Part shown: positions 56,503 through 64,000 of the stretch, piece after piece
Layout of the letters: the number at the start of each line of letters is the position of its first letter
Numbering within the stretch: position 1 is the stretch's first letter
Source of the DNA: a virus
Lineage: Duplodnaviria > Caudoviricetes
Strand: one strand, 5' to 3'
Virus record (IMG/VR): IMGVR_UViG_3300021256_002372
Location: 32,001 to 96,000 of that record
Length of the DNA: 64,000 nt
The notes under the pieces: model-generated
Told to the model about the DNA's origin: nothing
Database searches by the model: none
Seen by the model: the letters and a program-made list of their open reading frames with translations, nothing else
Position numbers and translations under genes: made by a program

Positions 56503-58662
56503 ATGGAACAGAGAAAACTGACCCTCGGCAGTCTGTTTGACGGCTCCGGGGGCTTTCCGCTTGGCGGCATCCTCGCAGGGATCGAGCCGAAGTGGAGCAG
56601 TGAAATTGAACCGTTCCCGGTGCTTGTTACACACAAACGGCTTCCAGGCGTGAAGCATTACGGTGATGTATCCAAACTCAGCGGCGCAGAGCTGCCGCCT
56701 GTGGATATCATCACATTCGGCAGTCCGTGTCAGGACCTGTCGATCGCCGGCAAGCGTGCCGGAATCCATGACGGTGACCGGTCAAACCTGTTCTTTCAGG
56801 CGATCCGTATCATCAAAGAAATGAGGGATGCAACAAATGGACGATACCCGCGATACTGCGTCTGGGAGAATGTTCCCGGCGCTTTCTCCTCCCACGGAGG
56901 AGACGATTTCAAAGCTGTCCTCGAAGCAGTTATCGGAATTAAAGAAGAAGGGATCGAGGTGCCTTCGCCTGAGAATCACCGATGGCCAAAGTCGGACATA
57001 TATCTGGGAAACGGATGGAGCGTGGCTTACCGAGTTTTCGACGCTCAATACTGGGGTGTGCCCCAGCGAAGGGCAAGAATCTACCTTGTCGCAGATCTTG
57101 CTGGCGGAAGTGCCGGAGAAGTATTATTTAAGTCCGAAGGCATGTCTGGGTATACTCCGCAGGGCTTCCGTGCGTGGCAAGGAACTGCCGGAGGTGCTGA
57201 AGAAGGCGCTGGAGAGACAGGCGGGCGGTCTGACACTGGAGGTGGAACCCTCTGCGTAAACTGTCAGGGTACTTCCGGTGTCGGTATCACAGAGGAAATG
57301 GCACTCGCACTGGTCGCACAGGATCACGGCAATCATCCGGCGGTTCTTCATGCTGTCGGCATTGACGGCTACAACGCAGCGGTCACCGATGACACAGCGG
57401 CAACGCTCGGTGTGAACTGCGGGATGTCTACCGGAAGAAACGGTGTCCTGCAGGCGGCAGGCTTTTCAACGGAACACAGCGCAAAGGCACGAAGCATCGG
57501 CTACGAGGAAGAGGTATCTCCCACACTGAGAGCCGGTGTCGTTCCGGCAGCACTCTCCGTGGAGAATCATCCGACAGACGGAAGAATCCGTATCCGTGAA
57601 GATGACACCTGCCAGACACTTTGCAGCAGAGCCGGGACAGGCGGCAATAATGTACCGCTTGTGGCAGAACCGATAACGCTGAAGATTCGCTGCGGTAAGC
57701 CAGGAGGCGGCAAAGGGGCGCAGGTCACTCGTGACAAATCGTCTACACTATCTACCAACAACGACCAGACGCTCTTTCAGCCGGAGGTCAGGGCTTTCGG
57801 TGTATGCAGCAAGCATTCCAATGCGATGATGTCGGACAACCCGCACAGCGGCTTTTACGAAGCGACAACAAGCAGAACGCTCGATCAGAGCGGCGGAAAT
57901 TCCGTGACCTCGAATCAGGGCGGCATCTGCGTGGTAGCACCTGCGCCGGAAACATTCGATGTACGTTTCACATCGGACGGCACAAAAAATGCCAGAGGGC
58001 ATTGTTATCCGACCGAGATCTCCCGCTGTCTTGATACGAGTGAAGCAAACCCGGACAGCAATCACGGCGGCATTGCCGTTGTCGAGCCGGAAACCTATTC
58101 TCTGCAAGGCTCGATGATCGGTCGTGCTGACCAGAACGGTCCGCAGGGTGACGGCATTAACGAGGGCGTTTGCTTTACGCTGAATGCCACCGATCATCAT
58201 GCGGTCGCTGCGCCGGAGCCTGACCATTATTCCACAAGCAAGAATTCCCATCATACCGTGGCGGCACATGAACAGGCAAACACGCTGGTCGCATCCGACT
58301 GGAAGGATCCGCCGCTCGTGAACGACCTTCCGAATGACGAGCCGGTGTATATCGTCCGCCGCCTGACTCCGGTGGAGTGCGCCCGCTTACAGGGATTCCC
58401 GGACTGGTGGTGCGCCGACCTTGCGATCCCCGATCCGACCGATGCGGAGATCGCTTTCTGGGCTGAGGTATGGGAGACTTGGCGGCAGGTCACCAATCCC
58501 AAGGGCAAGCCGAAAACGGAAAAGCAGATCTGCAAATGGCTGTCTGATCCGTACACCGACTCCGCAGAGTACAAGCTGTGGGGCAACGGCGTGGCGCTTC
58601 CTTGCACTTATTTTGTGCTTTCCGGCATCGCATGGGCGGCGCAGAGAGATACACAAAAGTGA
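56503..58662 (+). CDS. C5 cytosine DNA methyltransferase with very long variable region
   Basis: SLFDGSGG, GSPCQD, WENV, QRRARI, RRLTPVECARLQGFPD, GNGV. Confidence 0.93.
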   Translation: MEQRKLTLGSLFDGSGGFPLGGILAGIEPKWSSEIEPFPVLVTHKRLPGVKHYGDVSKLSGAELPPVDIITFGSPCQDLSIAGKRAGIHDGDRSNLFFQAIRIIKEMRDATNGRYPRYCVWENVPGAFSSHGGDDFKAVLEAVIGIKEEGIEVPSPENHRWPKSDIYLGNGWSVAYRVFDAQYWGVPQRRARIYLVADLAGGSAGEVLFKSEGMSGYTPQGFRAWQGTAGGAEEGAGETGGRSDTGGGTLCVNCQGTSGVGITEEMALALVAQDHGNHPAVLHAVGIDGYNAAVTDDTAATLGVNCGMSTGRNGVLQAAGFSTEHSAKARSIGYEEEVSPTLRAGVVPAALSVENHPTDGRIRIREDDTCQTLCSRAGTGGNNVPLVAEPITLKIRCGKPGGGKGAQVTRDKSSTLSTNNDQTLFQPEVRAFGVCSKHSNAMMSDNPHSGFYEATTSRTLDQSGGNSVTSNQGGICVVAPAPETFDVRFTSDGTKNARGHCYPTEISRCLDTSEANPDSNHGGIAVVEPETYSLQGSMIGRADQNGPQGDGINEGVCFTLNATDHHAVAAPEPDHYSTSKNSHHTVAAHEQANTLVASDWKDPPLVNDLPNDEPVYIVRRLTPVECARLQGFPDWWCADLAIPDPTDAEIAFWAEVWETWRQVTNPKGKPKTEKQICKWLSDPYTDSAEYKLWGNGVALPCTYFVLSGIAWAAQRDTQK
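56828..57259 (+). CDS. Nested alternative-frame ORF resembling the beta subunit of M.EcoHK31I-type methyltransferases
   Basis: STLSQIL..VPEKYYLSPKACLGILRRA..RGKELP..L..AL in a shifted frame; start uncertain. Confidence 0.65.
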   Translation: MQQMDDTRDTASGRMFPALSPPTEETISKLSSKQLSELKKKGSRCLRLRITDGQSRTYIWETDGAWLTEFSTLNTGVCPSEGQESTLSQILLAEVPEKYYLSPKACLGILRRASVRGKELPEVLKKALERQAGGLTLEVEPSA

Positions 58663-58924
58663 ACGCATAACGCGCCCGTTCTGAAAGCATCGGAAAATGC
58701 CGATTCTGCGCGCGTACTACTCTATTCAGATACACCTTGCAGCAAATTGTGAACGAAGTGATACTATGTAAACACTTCTTCTGGGGAATATCCGTGATAT
58801 GCACAAACATCGGCGGATAATTCCCCCGTACATTCTCCGTTTTACAGTCTTGATTATTTTCCCGACATGGCGTAATATGTGACTACCGCCAGACAAGGCG
58901 AGAAACGAAAAGGAGCGTAAACAT

Positions 58925-59920
58925 ATGGAAATCAAGTACAATATCGAAAAGAGCCAGCGCAAGGCACTGGCACAGAAGATCGCGGAGATCATCGGAGCTG
59001 AAGTCGAGTACCTTGGTGTTCCGAGCTGTGCCTATCAGATCGACATCTTCACACTGAGCAAGGACGCAGTTCTCAGCTTCACCGACCGCAGCGACACCGA
59101 GATTGTGGAGAAGGTGCTGAACGGACTTGCAGAGGCGGGCTACACCAGCGAGACGGTAACCCCGCCGGAAGGCACGGAATCCACCCCCGACACTGAAGAG
59201 GACTATGTGGAGATCGATGTGACTATCGTCTCGGATACCGAGGAAGATATGCCGGACAACGATGATACCACCGATGTGAAAACTGATGCCGATGAGCCTG
59301 AGACCGAAACAGACGGATTCCCGATTGCAGTAACAGTTGCTCTTCCGCTGACCGACCATACTGTACAGAGCCTCACGAACCTCATCTGCATGATCCACTC
59401 ACGAGGCGCACTTCTCAGCAAGTCGACTGGCGGACAGTTCTTCGCAGACAAGACGCTGGTGGATGAGATCGGCGGGCACGAGTTCCGCAGCATTTTAGAG
59501 CTGACTGCCTTCATCAAAGAGTGGGAGGAAACGAACCCTGAATTGCAGGGCATCCGCTTCGCCGATGACAAACTGATATTCGACGGATTCGGTCAGGCGG
59601 CAGATGCCGAGCACGCACAGGCATTCACCAAGCTCGCCGCAGCCATGAACCACATGGCGCTCACGCAGAAACGGGTACAGGCAAAGGATGTGGATGACAG
59701 CAATGAAAAGTACGCAATGCGCGTCTGGCTGGTACGCATCGGCTTCGGCGGAGCAGACCACAAAACCGACCGCCACATTCTTCTGGAGCATCTGACCGGT
59801 CATTCCGCTTTCCGCAACGATGAGGAAAGGGCGAAGTGGCTGGAGCGCCAGAAGGCAAAGCGTGAAGCTGCCAAAGCCGAGCAGAACGAGGAGGGCAATG
59901 ACGATGCAGTTTCCGGATGA
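58925..59920 (+). CDS. Phage protein sharing the amidoligase C-terminal domain
   Basis: NEKYAMRVWLVRIGF...LTGHSAFR aligns with NKKFAMRTWLMRLGF...LTGDNAFR of the amidoligase. Confidence 0.8.
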   Translation: MEIKYNIEKSQRKALAQKIAEIIGAEVEYLGVPSCAYQIDIFTLSKDAVLSFTDRSDTEIVEKVLNGLAEAGYTSETVTPPEGTESTPDTEEDYVEIDVTIVSDTEEDMPDNDDTTDVKTDADEPETETDGFPIAVTVALPLTDHTVQSLTNLICMIHSRGALLSKSTGGQFFADKTLVDEIGGHEFRSILELTAFIKEWEETNPELQGIRFADDKLIFDGFGQAADAEHAQAFTKLAAAMNHMALTQKRVQAKDVDDSNEKYAMRVWLVRIGFGGADHKTDRHILLEHLTGHSAFRNDEERAKWLERQKAKREAAKAEQNEEGNDDAVSG

Positions 59921-60146
59921 ACGACAGCTCCAAGACCTGCGGAAGCGTTATCCCGCAGGCACACGCATCCGCCTGATCCACATGGACGATCCCTATGCGC
60001 CGGTTCCGGGCGGAACAGTCGGCGAGGTTCAGTACGTTGATGATGCCGGCAACATCCACATGGTCTGGGAGAACGGCAGGACGCTTTCACTGATCGAAGG
60101 CGCAGACAGTTTCACCATTATCACCAATGACAAGGAGGCAGAATAA
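59898..60146 (+). CDS. DUF4314 protein
   Basis: YPAGTRIRLIHMDDPY...GTVGEV..VDDAG.IHMVWENG. Confidence 0.85.
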   Translation: MTMQFPDERQLQDLRKRYPAGTRIRLIHMDDPYAPVPGGTVGEVQYVDDAGNIHMVWENGRTLSLIEGADSFTIITNDKEAE

Positions 60147-60562
60147 TGATCTACTTAGCCTACGGCTCAAATCTTCATATCGAACAGATGCAACGGCGAT
60201 GCCCCACCGCCGAAGTCCTCGGCACGAGCACGCTCCACGGCTATCGACTGGTATTCAACAGCGTTGCGACAATAGAGCCGGATCCCGAACGCAGCGTCCC
60301 CGTCCTGCTCTGGGACATCAAGCCCGCCGACGAGACCCCGCTCGACCGCTACGAGGGTTATCCGCAACTCTACCGCAGAGAGACCGTTCAGGTCGAACTG
60401 GACGGCAAGACCGTCGATGCTATGGTCTACATCATGAATCCAAAAGGAATCGCACCGCCCAGCCCTTATTATTACGATGTGATCCGCAAGGGCTATGAAA
60501 TGAATGGACTGGACATAGCAGTGCTGGAACAGGCTCGGATGGACTCCATCACCAAACGCTGA
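60146..60562 (+). CDS. Gamma-glutamylcyclotransferase (AIG2-like)
   Basis: YLAYGSNL, QM..RCP, LDRYEGYP. Confidence 0.9.
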   Translation: MIYLAYGSNLHIEQMQRRCPTAEVLGTSTLHGYRLVFNSVATIEPDPERSVPVLLWDIKPADETPLDRYEGYPQLYRRETVQVELDGKTVDAMVYIMNPKGIAPPSPYYYDVIRKGYEMNGLDIAVLEQARMDSITKR

Positions 60563-60796
60563 ACGCGCCACGTTCGCCCGTGTGGGGCTTTATAGGTATC
60601 CTCCGACAAGCTACCCCGTTTCAGTTTCCGCCCCACACGGCGCGTTTTACGGCGAGTCATATAATGAACAAATAACGGCGCAGAATCGCCCGATATGATC
60701 TCTACATTTAGCCGCTTGATAACCTCCGCAGGGTATGGTAATATGTCACACAACGGCAGGCGGATGCCCGCCAAACACCTGAACGGAGGAGATCAC

Positions 60797-61267
60797 ATGA
60801 ACAAGAAGAGATACTACCTCGCATACGGAAGCAATCTGAACCGCAAGCAGATGGAGATGCGCTGCCCCGGCGCAAAGCCCATCGGGACGGCACTGCTCGA
60901 AGGCTACGAGCTGCTGTTCAAGGGCAGCAAGACCGGTTTCTACCTGACCATTGAGCCGAGGGCGGACGGCGTGGTGCCGATCGCGGTCTGGGAGGTCACG
61001 GCGGAGCATGAGCGCCAGCTCGACCGCTACGAGGGCTGCCCCGTGTGCTATTATAAGAAGGAGATCCGGCTGCCGGTGTTCCGCACTGCAAGCGGTCGGA
61101 CGATCCAGACAAATGGCTTTCTGTACATCATGAATCAGATGCGGCGGCTCGGAGAACCGACACCAAGATATTTCTGGACTTGTGTACAGGGCTACCGGTC
61201 ATTCGGATTCGATCCGGAATTCCTCTACGAAGCCTATGAACGCAGTACGAGGCATCTGTACCGATAA
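60797..61267 (+). CDS. Gamma-glutamylcyclotransferase, second paralog
   Basis: YLAYGSNL, LDRYEG; own promoter and SD. Confidence 0.9.
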   Translation: MNKKRYYLAYGSNLNRKQMEMRCPGAKPIGTALLEGYELLFKGSKTGFYLTIEPRADGVVPIAVWEVTAEHERQLDRYEGCPVCYYKKEIRLPVFRTASGRTIQTNGFLYIMNQMRRLGEPTPRYFWTCVQGYRSFGFDPEFLYEAYERSTRHLYR

Positions 61268-61544
61268 GAAAAGCAGCGGCATGGCGGGGATCGCTCCCCG
61301 CTGTCCTGACCGCTGATTTTATACCTCACTGGGGGCCTCCGAAAATGAGAGATTCTATTCCATTGTATCCAAGTTTACCATAAAAATGCAAGGATATCAA
61401 GTATGTAAAAGTACCAGAGATACGGCAAAAATACACCGAAATGATCTGTACATTTAGCCGCTTGATATATCCTCCGAAAGACGGTAATATGTGACACAAC
61501 GAAAGGCGCACAGCCTTCCGAAAACCGAAACGGAGGATACAAAA

Positions 61545-62489
61545 ATGACTGAGAAGACCGCACAGCAGATCGCAAGAATGAAGGAGCAGACCATTGGGGT
61601 GGAGGTCGAGATGACCGGCATCACCCGCCGCGCTGCCGCAAAGCTCGCCGCCGAGTTCTTTGGCACCGACCACTACGAGAACACCGCAGGGCGCAACGGC
61701 TACAGCACCTGGAGCGCATGGGACACGCAGGGGCGCGAGTGGAAGTTTATGAGCGACGGCAGCATCCACGCGCAGAACGGCGAGGCCTGCGAGATGGCGA
61801 CCCCGATCCTGACCTACGCAGACATCGAGACCTTGCAGGAGCTGATCCGCCGCCTGCGCAAGGCGGGCGCCAAGAGCGACTACACCCTCGGATGCGGAGT
61901 CCATGTTCACATCGGCGCGGCGGGACACACACCGCAGAGCCTGAGAAACCTTGCGAACATCATGGCGAGCCACGAAACGCTGATCGCCGAAGCGATCAAG
62001 GTCGACAGCGGCAGGATGCGCCAGTATTGCAGAACGGTCGACCCGAATTTCCTTGAGCAGCTCAACCGCAAAAAGCCCACCACGATGGCAAAGCTCGCGG
62101 ACATCTGGTACACCTCGCAGGGATGCACCTACGGCAGAACGCACCACTACAACAACAGCCGCTACCACATGCTGAACCTGCACGCGACCTTCACCAAGGG
62201 CACGGTGGAATTCAGACTTTTCCAGTTCGACCCGCCCATGAACGGCAAGAAGAACGGGCTCCACGCAGGCAAACTCAAGAGCTACATTCAGCTTTGCCTC
62301 GCAATGAGCCAGATGGCAAAGGATGTGCGGAGCGCAAGCCCCAAGGAACAGCAGAAGGAAAACAAAAAGTTCGCGATGCGGACTTGGCTGATGCGGCTGG
62401 GCTTCATTGGCGAGGAGTTCGAGACAGCGCGGCAGGTCCTCACGGAAAACCTTACCGGCGACAACGCATTCCGCTTCGGCAGACCTTGA
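61545..62489 (+). CDS. Amidoligase_2 (COOH-NH2 ligase)
   Basis: IGVEVE, W....DGSI, E..TP, CGVHVH, RY..LN, TVEFR. Confidence 0.9.
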   Translation: MTEKTAQQIARMKEQTIGVEVEMTGITRRAAAKLAAEFFGTDHYENTAGRNGYSTWSAWDTQGREWKFMSDGSIHAQNGEACEMATPILTYADIETLQELIRRLRKAGAKSDYTLGCGVHVHIGAAGHTPQSLRNLANIMASHETLIAEAIKVDSGRMRQYCRTVDPNFLEQLNRKKPTTMAKLADIWYTSQGCTYGRTHHYNNSRYHMLNLHATFTKGTVEFRLFQFDPPMNGKKNGLHAGKLKSYIQLCLAMSQMAKDVRSASPKEQQKENKKFAMRTWLMRLGFIGEEFETARQVLTENLTGDNAFRFGRP

Positions 62490-62683
62490 CGGGTCTGCCC
62501 TGCGGGGCGGATGCAAAACAAAACGGCACGGGCGCGCACAAAGCGCCCCACGCCGCGCCGTGTGGGGCGGAAAGGGTATCCTCCAAATCGGTATCCCATC
62601 TCAGTCGACCGCGCCACACAACGCGACACGGCGCAAATGTGGGCAAAGCCCAGATCATCCAAAAAAGAACAGGAGGAATCCAA

Positions 62684-62887
62684 ATGAAAGAACGAGTTTT
62701 TGAAAAGCGTACATGCCCCAAGTGCGGATGCACCTACACCGAGCGTCCCGCCCTTTCCCGACATGACAACGCAACGCTGATCTGCCCCGACTGCGGCACG
62801 AGAGAAGCCCTCGAAAGCATGGGAATCAGCGTCGAGGAGCAGGACAAGATCCTTGGGATCATCCACGACAAGTACAACGGCGAATAA
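62684..62887 (+). CDS. Small zinc-ribbon protein
   Basis: CPKCG...PALSR.DN...ICPDCGTREAL; SD GGAGG. Confidence 0.8.
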   Translation: MKERVFEKRTCPKCGCTYTERPALSRHDNATLICPDCGTREALESMGISVEEQDKILGIIHDKYNGE

Positions 62888-62890
62888 GGG

Positions 62891-63090
62891 GCGCACAGTG
62901 GGCGGTGTGGGGCTTCACGGCCCTGCGCCGCTTGTTTGTTGGGAGAATTCCGGGCGCGACACAGGGCAGATGTGAGCATCCTGTGGGCATTGTGACTATG
63001 TACCTGAATATAAGCATAAAACAGCGGTATGTTCTACCTTGAAAATTGCAGAAAGGCGTGGACTTTTCGGGGGTTTAGAGTTAATATGTG
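62891..63090 (+). repeat. ~200-bp direct repeat, copy A (GC-rich element plus promoter)
   Basis: Aligns with 63747-63950, e.g. GGGCGGTGT.GGGCTTCACGGC.CTGCGCCGCTTGTTTGTTGGG...AGGCGTGGACTTTTC...TAATATGTG. Confidence 0.85.
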
Positions 63091-63138
63091 TCATGCCGAA
63101 AGGCACGAATCACCTACATTTTCAAGGAGGATACCACC

Positions 63139-63744
63139 ATGAGATTCCTGAACGAGCATACTCGAATCCTGCACGGCAGACACCCCATTGACATGAACGA
63201 CCGCACCGGCGAACGCACCGCTGCGGAGCTTGCCCTGCCCGACAACTTTTCCGACAAGGCGAAGGCCTGCTGGGAATACTACAAGGGTGCGGCATACATT
63301 TTCGAGTACAAGGGCCGCTTGGTCATCACCGATGAGAGCCTTTACCTCACCGACCACGGGGACGGCTCACACAGCGCGCCCTTCGGCGGACCCCGCTGGG
63401 TCTGCGATTCATGGGAAGATGTCGAGCGAAACTTGGAGCAGAACTACGACGAGGTCGCCGATCCGGAACTGAACAGCGGCATCGAGCCGACCGCCGACGA
63501 GCGCCACATCATGCGCCTGAACGCAAATGGCGTCATCATCAGATACCCTAACGGCAAAAGCGAACCGGTCACCATGAAATTCTACTATGACACGATCAGG
63601 TTCCTTGCGGAGGACGGCAATGCGGTTACGACCTACCCCATTGAGCTGCCGGGCATCCCCGGTGATTTCACCCTTGCGATCTGGCGGAACGGTCATGCGG
63701 ACAGCGGCTCGACCGAGCGAATCATGGCGGTCATTGACCGCTGA
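63139..63744 (+). CDS. Hypothetical cassette protein
   Basis: SD AAGGAGG; lies exactly between the two direct repeats. Confidence 0.75.
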   Translation: MRFLNEHTRILHGRHPIDMNDRTGERTAAELALPDNFSDKAKACWEYYKGAAYIFEYKGRLVITDESLYLTDHGDGSHSAPFGGPRWVCDSWEDVERNLEQNYDEVADPELNSGIEPTADERHIMRLNANGVIIRYPNGKSEPVTMKFYYDTIRFLAEDGNAVTTYPIELPGIPGDFTLAIWRNGHADSGSTERIMAVIDR

Positions 63745-63746
63745 CA

Positions 63747-63950
63747 GCGCACACAGCGGGCGGTGTAGGGCTTCACGGCTCTGCGCCGCTTGTTTGTTGG
63801 GCGGATTTCGGGCGCGACACGGCGCATTTGTGAGCCTCCTGTGGGGCGTTGGTATATGTACCAGTTATAACGGCGAAAATCGGCGATTCTTCTACGATTT
63901 ATTTTGCACATAGGCGTGGACTTTTCAGGCAAAAGGCGGTAATATGTGAC
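63747..63950 (+). repeat. ~200-bp direct repeat, copy B; next cassette gene starts beyond the window
   Basis: See copy A; followed by SD GGAGG at the window end. Confidence 0.85.
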
Positions 63951-64000
63951 ACAACGGAAGGGCGGACAGCCCACCGGAATTCAAACCAACACGGAGGAAA

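Larger units (their letters stand above)
29806..64000 (+). mobile_element. Temperate prophage: early, replication and cos-proximal modules; continues past the right edge
   Basis: Gene order DUF2800-DUF2815-PolA-VRR-NUC-SNF2-primase-HNH-cos-MTases-amidoligase is typical of clostridial siphoviral prophages. Visibly more GC-rich than the left half. Left boundary unknown; may include the leftward cargo. Confidence 0.88.

Noticed and set aside
62123-62683. N-terminal part of the 254-aa ORF 62123-62887
   Set aside because: Overlaps the amidoligase and repeat DNA; the real start is 62684 behind a strong SD.
62891-63950. Possible CRISPR array or attL/attR pair
   Set aside because: Repeats are ~200 bp, imperfect and separated by a gene; no short regular repeat-spacer pattern anywhere in the window.
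1-64000. tRNA/rRNA genes and att sites
   Set aside because: None recognisable by eye; tRNAscan-SE and flanking sequence would be needed to exclude them.

Overview
Firmicutes (Clostridia-like) accessory DNA in two halves. LEFT (1-29.6 kb, all real genes on the - strand) is a defence/cargo island. Reading leftwards it holds: (a) a four-gene operon whose first three proteins share a short amyloid-like A-x-(D/G)-(N/D)-G-I-A-(I/V)-G motif, followed by an AAA_13/RloC-like ABC ATPase broken by a 116-bp TA-flanked MITE; (b) an XRE-HExxH regulator; (c) a type III R-M pair with a DUF4268 nuclease-like gene; (d) an operon of SpoVG-like + a ~2940-aa OB / 5x LOTUS-like / helical / STAND-type NTPase / HEPN protein + a tandem-WYL protein + a stand-alone HD protein; (e) a membrane module of two coiled-coil proteins, a 4-TM protein, a vWA-OmpA lipoprotein and a degenerate VirD4-like protein. 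RIGHT (29.8-64 kb, + strand) is the early, replication and cos-proximal part of a temperate prophage: two sigma70-r4 proteins, DUF2800, DUF2815 SSB, family A polymerase, VRR-NUC, SNF2, PemK, primase-helicase, putative ori, MetK, HNH, putative cos, NrdDG, four methyltransferases, amidoligase/GGCT genes and an array of promoter-bearing cassettes. A RIT (recombinase-in-trio) element sits in the last codons of the polymerase gene. No integrase, att site or structural genes are visible; both halves run off the window. The best candidates for undescribed systems are the amyloid-motif trio (27.5-29.6 kb) and the SpoVG / LOTUS-STAND-HEPN / WYL / HD operon (4.3-17.1 kb). All domain calls are by eye from motifs; no database search was run.
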